64,000 bases of DNA from Kudoa neothunni. Its lineage: Eukaryota; Animalia; Cnidaria. Both the position numbers and the translations under genes were made by a program. Location of the stretch: the NCBI GenBank assembly GCA_964304625.1, contig OZ199840.1:3213189-3277188 (forward strand), read 5' to 3'. The notes beneath the pieces were generated by a model. The model saw nothing but the letters and a program-made list of their open reading frames with translations, did not search any database and was not told where the DNA came from. Below are positions 12,659 through 26,000 of this stretch, in pieces (within the stretch, counting starts at the first letter, position 1; each line of letters begins with the position of its first letter).

Positions 12659-15600
12659 ATGTCAGCTGAGGGCACTGGTGCAACTTCTGCACCGTCAACA
12701 AATGATCCTTTAGCGTCGTTTAGAGATGAACTAACTGTGAGTGTGTAGTTAAACTAATTAGAGTTTTTATGCTCCAGTAGAATTCGGATGATACAGATCT
12801 TTTTGATGATATCAATGGATTGGTGTTGTCATTAAAAAAAGCTGCAAAGGTATAAGTTATTGAGTAATTTTGATGTATTGATAATTTTATAGAACGCACC
12901 AATTCCAGCAGATATCCCACCTGCTATAGATCGAATTTTCCATCATTTGACCGAAGCCAAGAGCACAATGACCACTCTTCCCAAACAATTCACATATATG
13001 TCGTTACATTTGGATATAATGAAAGAGACGTACGATAATATGGATGATAATTGCAGTTGGAAGGTATTGTGTAATTGTTCGCAATTTCTTCAATAGCGAG
13101 GATTGAATAGAAGCATCTGGCTGATATTCTCTCGGTGGTTTCAATTGTGACTAGCACACCTGGTGCTGTGTTGATGTATCGGTTTGGTGGGCGTCGTCAG
13201 TCTGATCTTCAAATTTGGGGATTGGAATATGTGAAGTAGTTGCAGTGTGGTTTTAATTGTTTTAAATACATATCTTGCATAGGCGCCTTATTGAGGATAT
13301 TAGACAGGAGTATTATCGACTGTGCGATTTATTGGAAGAGGGTGCTGAGGACACGCATCTTTTTGATGAGTTGAATTCAGTTGCCGCAGATGTTATCGAT
13401 TTTTGCGCGAATAACAATGCTGAAATTGAGCTGTGTGACTTGGCTATGGAAATCGAACAGCCCGAACTCATAAAAAAATGCTTGAACGATCAGAATTACA
13501 AGCGAGTGTTATTATATGTAAAAACGTAAGTTGTTAAGTGGGAAATTGTTGGCATGGCGGCAATTATTACAATAATTAGTTGACTATAATAGTGAAATTT
13601 GAATAAAATTGAGACGTAAATTAACATTTTAAGTATGGCGGGTAAAAAAGACAAATTGTGATTAATTTTTAGCTATAATTTGACTGTGTAATGTGAATTC
13701 ATGTTTTTAGTTTTAATATTAAAAATCTTCTTTACAGAATAAATTTGAAGTTCAATTCTTAGAATTCGCTTTAAGTAGATATTTAATTTGATTGTCGGAT
13801 ATAATTTAATATGTTGAAATTGATTCTTTTAATAAATGTACATTATATTGTATTAATTTTGAGTTGAAACCCTGTTAACGGAATGATGAAGCGCTGAATA
13901 TTCGCATAAATCTATATCTGGTTTAATTTTCGCGTATGCCCCTATTGGAATTTAGTTATCTTAGAATTCAACTACGTATAATCTATGTAATTTTAACAAA
14001 TTAGTAGTTACTAGAATAATCCATTATCAGTCGTTTAAAATTTATTTAAGTTGATCGTGAAGGAGTGGGACTTTGAATGATCATTTGATGGTTTTTTTGA
14101 GTGATAATTTGTTCGGAATGTTTCTCTGATTGGAGAGCAATGTTAATTCATTAAATATGGTAACACTTGTTATGCTGAATAAATTTGAGTGGTTGCAAAT
14201 CATCTTAAATCTTTTAAAAAAAATTTTAGCATTTTTTTGAAAATGTACTAGGATAGAGAGAATTAAAGAATTAATATATATTAGTAAGTTTTATCGAATA
14301 TTAATAATTAATTTTATTCTAAATTAAATGTAATTGAAAAAATCTAATAATTTATTTAAATTACGAAATTTTGTTAACATCGGGTAACACCAACTGTAGT
14401 CTTGTATGATGATTGTTTCATACAATATCATTGAAAGTTATATTTTTAATAGATTTAAACTCTTTTGAGTAACTAAAAGGATGGTTCTTCAAGTTTAAAA
14501 TGCTAATTTACGTGCAAATAATAGTACGCGTGCGGCAATATAAATAGATTACACGATTTTTGTCACAAAAAGTTTGATTAATTTTTCAATAAAATGAGCA
14601 CTTAAAGGAATTCGTAAAGCATTTAAACCATTAGAACGCGTAAAAATTGGCGCGCATAATAAATAACAAATAGCTCACGGGGAAACACAAATATTCAGTC
14701 GATTTCTTAGATTGTGGAAATCTCTTCCTTAGTAACTATTTATCACAGTAGCTAATGCAGGTTATTAAGTGGTTTATAATTTCCGAACCTACCTTGGGCT
14801 AGTGCAGGGATTGACGAGTCGCATGTGGCCCTTTAAGGTCTTAAGTGCGACTTTCCATCTTATATGCATAATATAAACTACAATACCTAAGGTTAAAACA
14901 CAAAGAAATTATAAAATTTTTAGCGTTGAACTCATTGTTACGTTCATGTTGTCAATTATCATTAAATAAACGACCTTTTTAATGGAAATATATGGGTAAT
15001 GAAGGAATGTATGGTAGTACTCTGACATCATTATCTTAAATTAATGTTCTTCATTTTCAACTTAAAGATAAATGCGGAGGGAAAAGATTCAGTAAAAACA
15101 AATGACTTATAAATATTAAGAATTCCTAATAGAACATTATCCTATGCAACTACAATTATTAACGAGACACAATGAGTGTAAATGTTCTCATTTTTTCCAC
15201 GTGTTTAAATTAAAAAATTATTTTTTATCACTAATTAAAATTTCTCATCAATAAATAGGTTAATATTAAACTGAAAATCCTTAAAAATGAACTTTTTAAA
15301 ATCTTTGAATTAGATTAAAGGAAGTGTTGATAGTTATTTCAAATTTTTTTACACAAAAAGTAGCTATATATACATTTTCATTAAATGTTATCCATTAAAA
15401 ATAATTATCTTGTAATATTAAATGTTCTTTAGTTTTACTACAGAGAAAACCCCATATAAAATGTCGCGAAAATAATTAAATTGATGAAAATACGCTAGAT
15501 AATAAGTTATTCTTTCAGTTTTAAGAGGTTAAATTATATGGTTGAAATTTTCTTTTTGATGATAATATTCATGAGGAAAGATTTTTTTCTCGTATATTTA

Positions 15601-18600
15601 TTGTATAGAGATTATTAGTAGAATTTCTTATTTATAATAATGGCAATTATTGACACCGAAAATACATCATTACTTGGAGTAATTAGAAAAATTCAAGTGC
15701 ATATTTTGTTGTTATTTCCTATCGCATTAAAAACACTAACAATTATAATAACTGGTTAATTAGTTATAGAAAAAAGTATAGATGACTAATTCGATAACTT
15801 ACCCCAAATTTTTCTGAAATGTATTTTTTCATAGTTTCATAGATAAACATTTTGATTTTGGAGCATATATTTAATGTGCGGGCCGGAATTAGAAACGTTT
15901 TTTCCACCATCAATAATTAGCTTTTCCGCACATGCCGTTTGCCGAACCCTGGGTTAGTGTAATTAATCATGTGCAATTAAATTATAATTAAAGAATTAAT
16001 GTCGTCATGCCAATATCAAATTTACTAGTTTTTGAACTCATCATAGATAATGGTTTTTGTAAAATAGATGTGTCCAGTTTGTGTGCGATGATGAATTGGA
16101 CGATTTGTTACACTTTCTACGAGAATGCTACATCGAATACAGAGAATATGTGGAAGCTTTGATTATTGCCATTCGGCAAAATAAACCATATTGCATTATA
16201 GCGGTGTTGGTTGCGCTTTCAAATGATAGCAAATTCCCCGATGCGTACTTTTTTTTATTTACTTAAGGAATTGTAAGCTTAAGTTGTTTCTTCAGCCAAA
16301 TCAAGCAACTCCAAATAAAACAAATCACCCATGTGATGTACTCGCATCGTGTGTCACTCGATTTGATCGTCGCAACTGCTATGGAAACAATGCCCGATGA
16401 GTACGAAGTGATTTCTTCAATCGTTGGAGAAATGCGAGAGCTTGTTCCTTCGTCAACCATCTCCGAATATTTCAAAATTGTTGCTCAACAGGTAATATTC
16501 CGTGATTATAATCAATCTTTTTCAATTTGATTTTAGTTGGATATTGTCGAACCGAAGAAACCTGAAGATATTTTTAAGGAAAGTATGTCTATTTAAATTC
16601 CTAAATTTCTGTTGAGATTAATGTTCGTTGTTATTTTTTGAAAATAATGTTTTTAAATTTTATAGCTTTTGATTACTATATAGAAATTAATCATTAAGAT
16701 AATCTATGCAAATTAACGTTTTTAGTTTGGAATTAAAATATAGACATTTTTTTATTATTAATAAAAACAATTTAAAATATGGAGAATAACTATCTATTTG
16801 TAATTTTCAATTAGAAACCACTTTCTATTACCCCCTAAACAGCGTTCCAGACAGCACCAGAACGGTAGTCGCTAACACAGTAGTTAGCGGCTTTGTCAAC
16901 GCTGGATTCACCAAGGATCTTATTTTGAGCGACGCAGAACATGATTGGTTCTGCAAGTTAAAGGAAACTTCCAGTCTTACTGCGGTTGCCTGCTCAGGAC
17001 TTTTACATTTGTGGGACATTGACGAAGGTCTCCTTGCAATGGACCGATATCTCTATTCAAGTGATATCTATGTGAAAGTAAGCGTTGATTCGGCGAACGT
17101 ACTGGCAATCTTATATTTTATTAGGCTGGTGCATATTTGGGATGCGGATTGTTATCAACCGGAAATCCTGATGCCGGAGATGTCACACTGGCGATCCTTT
17201 CCTCTGCAATCACTACCAGCAATTCTAGGCAGGAAAAAATGGCTACCATTATATCGTATGGTTTAATAAAACGTTGCTACGCTATTAAAGCTTTATTTTT
17301 TAGATTGGGAATCGCGTTGGCTGGTACCTGTGATTCAACTGCGCTCGATATTCTCGATGAGGTGTTTGAGAAACATTCTACCAACCATGTTGATATGGAA
17401 ATCATTTCCACATACGCCATTGCTGTTGGTATGATTGCATTGGGTAGCAAAAAAACGCGCGAGCTCAACAATCTGCACAACTACCTTCACTTGGTGAAAG
17501 ATAAACTGGTTGTCAAGGATGTTGTATCTTCTTATATCATTATTGGCTATTGTTTGTTGTACTTTGGAACACAGTCTTTGGATGATGCTATTCCGTCATT
17601 TTCTACTTTCCCCGATTCGTTGAGATTGTACATTTCGGTAATGTTGAACACTATGGCTTTTGCAGGATCGGGAAATGTTGCTGTCATTCAAGATCTACTT
17701 CTCACCTGCCATCCAATCCAACTACTAAATGAAGAAGAAAAAAATGATGCTCCCACTGAAACACAGCCCGCAGATGATGTCACTCCCAAACCAACCACCA
17801 CTCCCCAACCACCCAAGCAGATGCCACCACTCAGTCTACCCTCAAAACATCAACCACCCATCAAAAAATCAGCTCGAAAACAAAGCGGTTCTACAGCAGA
17901 TCTTGGCGATCAAGAAATCACCGATCAACACATCATTTCATGTGCTGCCGCGGTTGGAATAGCTGCTATTGGTATTAACGATGAGAGTGGAATCTCCATG
18001 TGTTATCGTCTTTACAACAATATCCTACAGTATGGCAATCGCATTTTACGCCGTATTGTGCCGGTTGGTTTGGCATTGTTGTCTCCGTCCAACCCACAAG
18101 TTTTATTCATCGATACTCTCAGCAAACTTTCCCACGACAACGATCCTATTACTTCTTGTAATGCGATTCTTTCGTTGGGTTTGATTGGAGCCGGAACCAA
18201 TAACGCCAAAATTGCTTCATTGTTGAGACAACTCACTGTGTTTTTCTACAAAGACCCAGTGAATATTTTTGCCTCAAGACTTGCACTTGGGCTGCTACAC
18301 ACCGGCAAAGGAATGCTTTCGCTTTCTCCCATCCGAGACAACAAATCACTTGTGTCAAATATATCGTTGGCGTCACTTCTTCTATTCTGTCTTGCGTGTG
18401 TTGATAGTAGAACTCGTACGTTTGAATGTCATTTCGGATGCAAATTTTAAAATTGTTTTATAGGCGTTCTTTCAAATGAGTATTATCTTTTCTTTTGGGT
18501 TGCATGTGCATTGAAACCTCGCTATCTTATCACAATGGATCAAGATGGAAACCACATCAATGTACCTGTGAGAGTTGGACAACTGGTTGACACTGTAGGT

Positions 18601-18808
18601 CAGGCTGGTGATCCTAGAACTATCACCGGCTTCCAAACCCATAAGACTCCTGTGCTTCTTGGTTACAATGAAAGAGCTGAATTCGCAACTGAAGAATGTA
18701 CTTGAATTTTGCATATTTAACTAATCTCTGTATATTTTAGATATCTCAATGTCTCCCATCTTAGAGGGAGTGGTTTTTGTCAGGAAAAATCCAGATTTTG
18801 AGATATAA
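12659..18808 (+). CDS. PSMD2: 26S proteasome regulatory subunit RPN1, multi-exon
   Basis: STMTTLPKQFTYM, KHLADILSVV, WGLEYVKRL, NNAEIELCDLAMEIE, VSGFVNAGFTKD, GLLHLWDIDEGL, AFAGSGNVAVIQDLL, DTLSKLSHDND, GLIGAGTNNAKIASLLRQL, VPVRVGQLVDTVGQAGDPRTITGFQTHKTPVLL, and last exon YISMSPILEGVVFVRKNPDFEI*. A 2.5 kb intron lies at about 13526-16067. Confidence 0.96.
14805..15951. mobile_element. Non-autonomous hAT element in PSMD2 intron
   Basis: Ends CAGGGATTGACGAGTCGCATGTGGCCC and ...TTTGCCGAACCCTG. The 8-bp target duplication is GGCTAGTG (14797-14804) / GGTTAGTG (15952-15959), 7/8 identical. Confidence 0.8.
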
Positions 18809-21410
18809 CGTTGCGCCATTTTAAAAATCTGCACTTTGACCACATTCATTATGTTCTTTAGTTGCTATGGGTTTGTATTAATACATTCTTGATTGTTTTT
18901 CTTTGATCCGCTCGCCTCATGCGTAATTGTTCTGATTGTTGAATTCTGTCTCCCAAATTATTTTTAAGTAGCTTCTACGCGCAGGATACATTTTATTTCC
19001 TACAAAATATTAATCTTGTTTATCATTTTTTCCTATGACTTGATAAAAATAGAAATAATTGATAACCGAACGTTAAGATTGGAGTCAAGAATGTTTATCA
19101 CTTTAAACGAATATATAATCAATATTCCGAGTTAAACTGTTGGTCTTTATACAGGATTGTTAACTTCAATCGCTTCAGATTAGGACTCAATTTTCTTACA
19201 AAGTAACCAACATTTTCATTGATACGGGTTACTTTCTATCGAAAATTAATAACTCATTAAAAAATTCTAAATTAGAATTAAAAGTTATATCATACACAAT
19301 AATGTACAATATTAGAGTTTAAATTTGCGCATAATTCTTCAGTAGTTAATAAGACAATCAATAAAGTAGGCATTTTTTCCTTGCACGAGAACCGAAGTTA
19401 TCTTAGATCAGCTCGTTTTAATAATCGAGACTTATTTTTTTACATTATTACGTATTATTTTTATTTTTTAATATAAAAATGTAGAAGCTAAACATCATTA
19501 TTTTTCATTATATATTTTATTATAGATTCTGTGTTTTGAACGTTATTGGTTTTTATCACCTAAACACGAATAATTGAACAAATATATATTTATATGGGAA
19601 ATTACTTAAATATATCTCTGTCCAGCTCATGCAAGTATTCATCACAACAATTTGGAATAAGCTTTAAACATAAAGGGTCTTATAGATACTTTTATTATCT
19701 GACTTGTATTATTTTTAGTCAGTTTCAGTTGACAAAAAGAACGGGAGTTTATAAATTAGAGAATGTAATTTGGGGCCAGATCAAAACAACATAGTTTTCT
19801 AATTGATATAGAATATTAAGGTACACTTAAACATATAAAAGTATATAGCTTATACTTGATTTAATTGGATAATATTTTTGCAGGACTATGAGACCAAATT
19901 TGTTTCCGTAGATTTTTATTTTCATATCAATGAAAAAACCCGAAAAGTTTGTGCGCGGTAATAATTTGATCATTGTCGTTAAAAGATAACGCGTCTTAAA
20001 AACCACAGTGTACTTAATCGAGTTTCCACTTGATTGCAAATGCTTTAATTGAGGCTGATTTTATTTTTAAAATGATTTATATTTTTGAGAATAACATCGA
20101 GTATTTATTTATATTTAAATATATAGAAAAGTTTGTGTTCTAACTGATTGACATACTCTTTTGAGTGAAAATTTACTTCTATGAAATTGTATAAAGAATA
20201 AATAGAAAATATTTAAATATTAAACTGTCAATAATCCTTCTTTAGGGTAAAAGATGTTTGCTTTAGCAGATGTTTGTGCTTGAAGTGGAAGTGTTGGATG
20301 GGATTAGTTTCTGGAATACTTGTTCTAACAATAGAATTAATTTATGCTATCTCATTATAAGTAACGTATAGATAGTAAGGACTCAATAAAGCTAAATGAT
20401 TACTCTCCTGCTCCACAAATTGACAGCTAACTAATCTTTCATCTTAACTACGAGATTCACAAGGTGCATCGAAATTTGCAACTAAATTCTCCTATTTATA
20501 TTATGCAATTATGCGACTGTGAATTATACAAGCTCGACTTAAGCTCCGTACTCTCCTAGAACAATTTATTGTTTAGAAAATTAATTATTTGTTTGTATAA
20601 CAAGATAATTTTATTTAAACTCATATTCCATTCTTACGGCAATATAATTTTTGGATTGTTTTACATCAAATTATGTAATATAGTATTTTCTTTTTATCTC
20701 TATTCGAATAATTCGAAATAATGTATAAATTAAAAATCTTTTAGCAAACTATTAGGAATAATTATTTTTTCATTTTATTGGCTCAAAAATATTAAGAGGG
20801 TTCAAGGTGGAACTAAATTGTCTTCTACTGTAACTTCCTCGAACAGGTCACGTGTAAGTTAATTTGTTTATACAATGAAGCCGAATAAAATATGGGCTGA
20901 AAAGCTAAAATTTAATATTCACATAAAAATACAAACTATTATATATATGTCAGAATTTTTTGAATTGTCCTTTTTGTAAAAAATAATAAAAAATATTAAT
21001 TACCACCTAAATTATGCTTAGTATCATTACTACTCAACAATCAACATCACGGAATATAAAACTTTCGGAGTGATTCACCATGTTATTCAGAGATGTTCTT
21101 AAGGCAACATGATTTCACTAGATTGTATTAAATTAAATAAATATAAGTTGTATTTACATATGTTAATAAGTATATGTGACAATAAATAATTCAAGTATTT
21201 TTTTATCGGAATAAATCGCAAATGAAAAATCAATGAAAGATAATAATGTGTTAATTATTATCTTTCATCGATTGTTGAAGAAAAATGCGCAGTATTATTT
21301 GCATATAATATTTGAGGTATAAAAATAATTTAATTCATAAATAACGAAATATAATAATAGTGATCTATGTGTAATTAGTTAAAAACGATTAAATAACTTT
21401 GAGGTTAAAC

Positions 21411-22836
21411 TTAGCTTGAATCAGGTATGATATCTGGTAACAAATGAATATCTTCCTCATTATTGGCACCGGAATCATTATCGGTTTGGATACTACCCAT
21501 AAGGTGATCATCTACCTCAATATCAAAATCTGGAGCATGTTCGTTGCTGTGATACACTTTGTGAACTGGTTTACCAGAACAGACACCCATGCAGAGTTCT
21601 CTGGTTTCGAATCTGTTGTCGTTGCCTCTAAGTCCGGTGTAGATGAACGGCAAGCACTCTTTTGTTTCATAATTGAAATAAAACGAAGGAATGTCCATGA
21701 TTCCGACACCTGAGTTTTTGGATTGCTTACACATTTCGGTGGCATCTGGCCAGCCTTGAGGAGAATTTGTATGGTACTCGGCTAAAATAGTTATAGCAAT
21801 TTGTAGAAAAGTCAAATCGAAAAGTTACAAGAAGGACATGTTCCAATACAGTCATCATAGGTTTCAAACGAATTTATCATGTCCTCGTGAACGCAGTCTT
21901 TGGTGTAGTATGGCAAACAGTTGGAAGTTTCTCTGTCATAGTAGTACTTTTTCATTGTTGCACCCAAACATAAACCTTGCTTGGGGCTGTAAAGACACCG
22001 TCTGTTTTCCTCCCCAGCTTTAGCTACACAAGTTTGAAATAGAAACAACATTCAAACCTATCTTACGGAAACAAGTTTTTCTACAGTGGGCCAATGAAGA
22101 AAATTTTCCTCTTGTTTGTGTACTGCTGATACCTGCACGCACACATTGATTGTGATGATGATCGGCTATCACAGCAGTAACCATTTGCTCATTTCCTTTA
22201 GGAAGAGTGGTCGAAAAGTGGCAGTCTTCCTTGTTCCCATTAGTGTTAGGTCCAGCTAGATTAAAATTCTTAGATTTAATTGTTTACTCAAAAACTCATA
22301 CGTGAACAAATATTCATGCACTCCTCCGCAGTCTTAAAATTATTGGCATTTCCACCGCAGCCATAATAAACGAAACGTTCGCATGTTGCTGTTGAATTAC
22401 CATCCTTTTTAATGTAAGTGTATCTGAGTGTTTTCAATCCTTTGCAAGCATTCTTTTGAGTGGCTACTTTAGCAGCCTCATTTTCCTGGCTACAACTAGC
22501 AAGTTTATCTTCATGGCTGAATTCGACTGAAAACCGATTAAAATCAGAAATTAAACGTCATTTCTTACTATGCTGAAGGCATTCTTGTCTGCTATGGAAT
22601 ACATTTAGGTTTAACGCGTGACCTTTAAAAGTAAATTTGGTACAGATTCCATCTGATTGCCGGATGTACCATTTGTCAACTTCCGGTCCCGAGCCACCTC
22701 CTGTGCTATTATTTGGGTTTGCATAGCTGTCAAGCTGAAGCTCTAAACTGAAATCAATAATGTTTAATTAAATGTACCTACCAGAGCGTATAACGGAGAC
22801 AATAGACAAAAAATTTATAATTTGCACCCACACCAT
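21411..22836 (-). CDS. Secreted multi-Kunitz/BPTI-domain protein (5 domains, 6 exons)
   Basis: Signal-peptide-like exon [18 protein letters not shown], then one Kunitz domain per exon, e.g. [26 protein letters not shown] and [26 protein letters not shown]. Acidic C-terminal tail. Confidence 0.9.
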
Positions 22837-23066
22837 ACTAACTGTTTAATGTATACAAATATATACAATATGCAATTGTTCCGGAATTCATCTCGGGGTA
22901 TTTAACGAATATGCTATAGACTACAAATCTTATTCATATTCGAACCAGTATGAATGGTCTATTCATTTTTTACAATGAGATATTAATTAATTGGGCAGTA
23001 GCATAAAAATATCACAAGAAATTACTCGAGATACATATAATAATTAATTATCTAACAACTAAGCTA

Positions 23067-26000
23067 TCACAAAAAACGATCTAAAGATTCTCCTGTAATA
23101 TTTTCAATAGAAAGAACAAGTTTATTGATTCGAGTTTGAATTCTGTGGGAATCTTCGTCCATGATTTCCATAAGAGTGGGTGAGAGTTCGGGTAGGAGCG
23201 TGGCTGCAACATCTCCGACGGTGGCGTAGAAATATTCAAGGACAATCAACGTATCACAAACTATTTGTTCATTCGATGAATGGGACTTAAGGATGAGTAT
23301 CATTTCTGATTGGATGTTGAGAAAGAGTTTATTTTCTTTTGTACATGTGGTGAGAGATGCGAAAGTTGGGGCAAGGATGGTTTCAACGAAACAAGTGGCA
23401 GTTGAATGTGTGGGGAAGTTATCAGCAAAGGTTGAACTACAAACAATCAATCCAACCAAAGGTTTGACAACAGCAGTCATTCTCTCATTATTGATAAATC
23501 CACTTCTGTCGGCATCGAAGCATCTACCGAATGATTTCACCGCATAGAAAACGGCCATAAAATCGGTAAGAGAGTCGACACTTTTGACCTCAGTAACCAC
23601 ATCGTTAATAAAATTGACAGCAAATTTGAAATAGATGGGGACAAACAGAAGCATGATACTCTTCAATTTGGTCCACAGCAAATAGATCACATAAAAGAAT
23701 ATAAAATGTCTTGAAGACACTACATTAGAGTGTTGATAGTCGTCGACAATGTCGCCGGAAGTTGCCCACTGATAGAACATGGAAATAATTTCATGGGATT
23801 GGGTCTCTGGATGCAACAGAATGAAATCACAGAACGAAGAAGCTACACACTCAACAATTTGATTGATCAACTCAAACCTATCATCATCGACATTGGTGAT
23901 ACATTCAAACAGTTCATAGTAAATTGTAGACAAGAGTTGAGAGTCATGCTGTGAATGTTTGATGAAAGTAGGTACAATAAACCCAATCGCTGTAGCAAAA
24001 CAATTAGTGAAGCATTTTAAAGTGGGTAGTAGATCAGTGACAATTTTCTGTAATACAGGTAAATACACCCTAGAATCGGTGTTTTTTGAGATAGTATCTA
24101 CTATAAGGTTGCGAGTAAATTCACGAACCATATCAGCAGAAGAAGTATCTGATTCAGAACATTTATTGACGAGATTGGAAGCAGACTGTAATACACAACA
24201 GAGCAAAGTGTAGAGTTGGGAAGTGAAAAAGTTTCCCATCGCAGAGAAAAGTTTTCCAATCGAAGTCACATTGGCTTCATACCATAACAACGACAACTTG
24301 GCGTCACTGTGTGCATTTTCAAAGGTGCATTGGTTGGAGAGTAGATCGATTAGGACATTGAGTAATGGAAACACGTGCGAAAGCACATTCACACTTAGCA
24401 GCGAAGCCAACTCACACACGGTCATATTAACAGTCACAAAAGCATTTAGAGGGATTTGTGAGCGTAGTTCATACAATTTGAATAGTCTCTCAAAAACATC
24501 TCTTAAGCGTTCCATATAACTCTCAATATTGGTTATCCTTCCTGAATTTTTAGTGAAAACATGGAACATAATGCATTTAATGCAACACATTGACACTTGA
24601 AGTTCTTCCAGATTGTTTTCAACAATCGGTAGCTCGACTTGAGTAACCATCTTTTCAGTAATATTCATGATAATATCGACATTGGTTTCATTGCGTGCTA
24701 TACTGGAAGAATTTTTCGATACCAACACAATAATATGGTCCATAATGCTTAGTCTAACATGTGTTGAATTGTTAGAAACTGCATGCATCATGCAACTTAG
24801 TTTATTGGTTAACGGCATGCTATCCAATAGATTGTTTATGCATTTGTCGCATTGTTTAACCGCATATCTGAGTAATTTTTTCATCTCTTTAACCTCAGTA
24901 CAATTTTCTGTCGCCTTTTTAACGAGATATGAGTATGTGTATATTTTTTCGAGCAACTGATATATAAAAGAATCATTCGCTTCACTATTTGATTTCAACA
25001 TAGATTCATCACCATTGAGATAAAGCGCATTTTGAGAATCTCCAGTGATATGACAGGCCATAGCAAGTATTACAATTTGATGGTTGACACACGCTTCCAA
25101 GGTATCAAACTGAATTTTGGTAAGGTTGCTATTGAGCGATCGTCTCTTTTTTGTGGGTTTAGAAACCATAATTTTATTGGTGGAATTGGATGAGACATCG
25201 ACGAGACGATCGAAAAGTTGAAGCAATATTTGAATTTGTCGTTCAAGTGAACGACTGTAGAAAAAGTTGATGCAAAACAGTTCCACTTGACGAGGGTCAT
25301 CATGCAAAATCAACTCAATGAAGGTTGAAGTGAACTTTTGAGCGACGTCATATACGTCAATCACCTCGAACAATGAGGTGCAAAGAGTCAGACGACGATG
25401 AGGAGGTATATGTGGGAATGCATCCACAATGGAAACTATGATTTCTTCAATAGTGTTATTGTTGGATTGGTTATTACGGTTAACAATCGAAGGGAAAACA
25501 TGTTCTATAATCTGTTGAATAATCGCCATAGTATTGAAATTGTCATAGTCGTCATTTCCAATAGATACGAATATGGTAACCATGTGTTGGAGAATATTGG
25601 CGGGAGGCAAAATCACACTCAAATATTTTAGTATATTGAGTGTGGCCAGTCTGAAACAGGGTGGTTGCTTCTCATCACCATGGTTATCACCGTCATTATT
25701 AATGGGGTTTAAAAGCACCAACAACGAATCAACACCACTGTCAACATCGACTGTGGTTATACGATGCTTGGATTCCACTAGCTGACAAAGAATTGACTCA
25801 CAGCAATTCAACAATAATTGCAGTTGATCAAACTTTTTTTCAGCGTGGAATAAACCCACACATTTAAAAAACACGGCCAACAGCATATGTTGGTTGGTAA
25901 TACAGTTTTTAGATTGCATTAACTCGAGAATAATTGTTAATTTGTTGAAACTGCAACCAGCTTCATCCATCCAGCCGATATAATTCTCCATAAACTGGGA

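Noticed and set aside
16263-18714. Minus-strand and off-frame ORFs inside PSMD2
   Set aside because: Shadows of PSMD2 exons.
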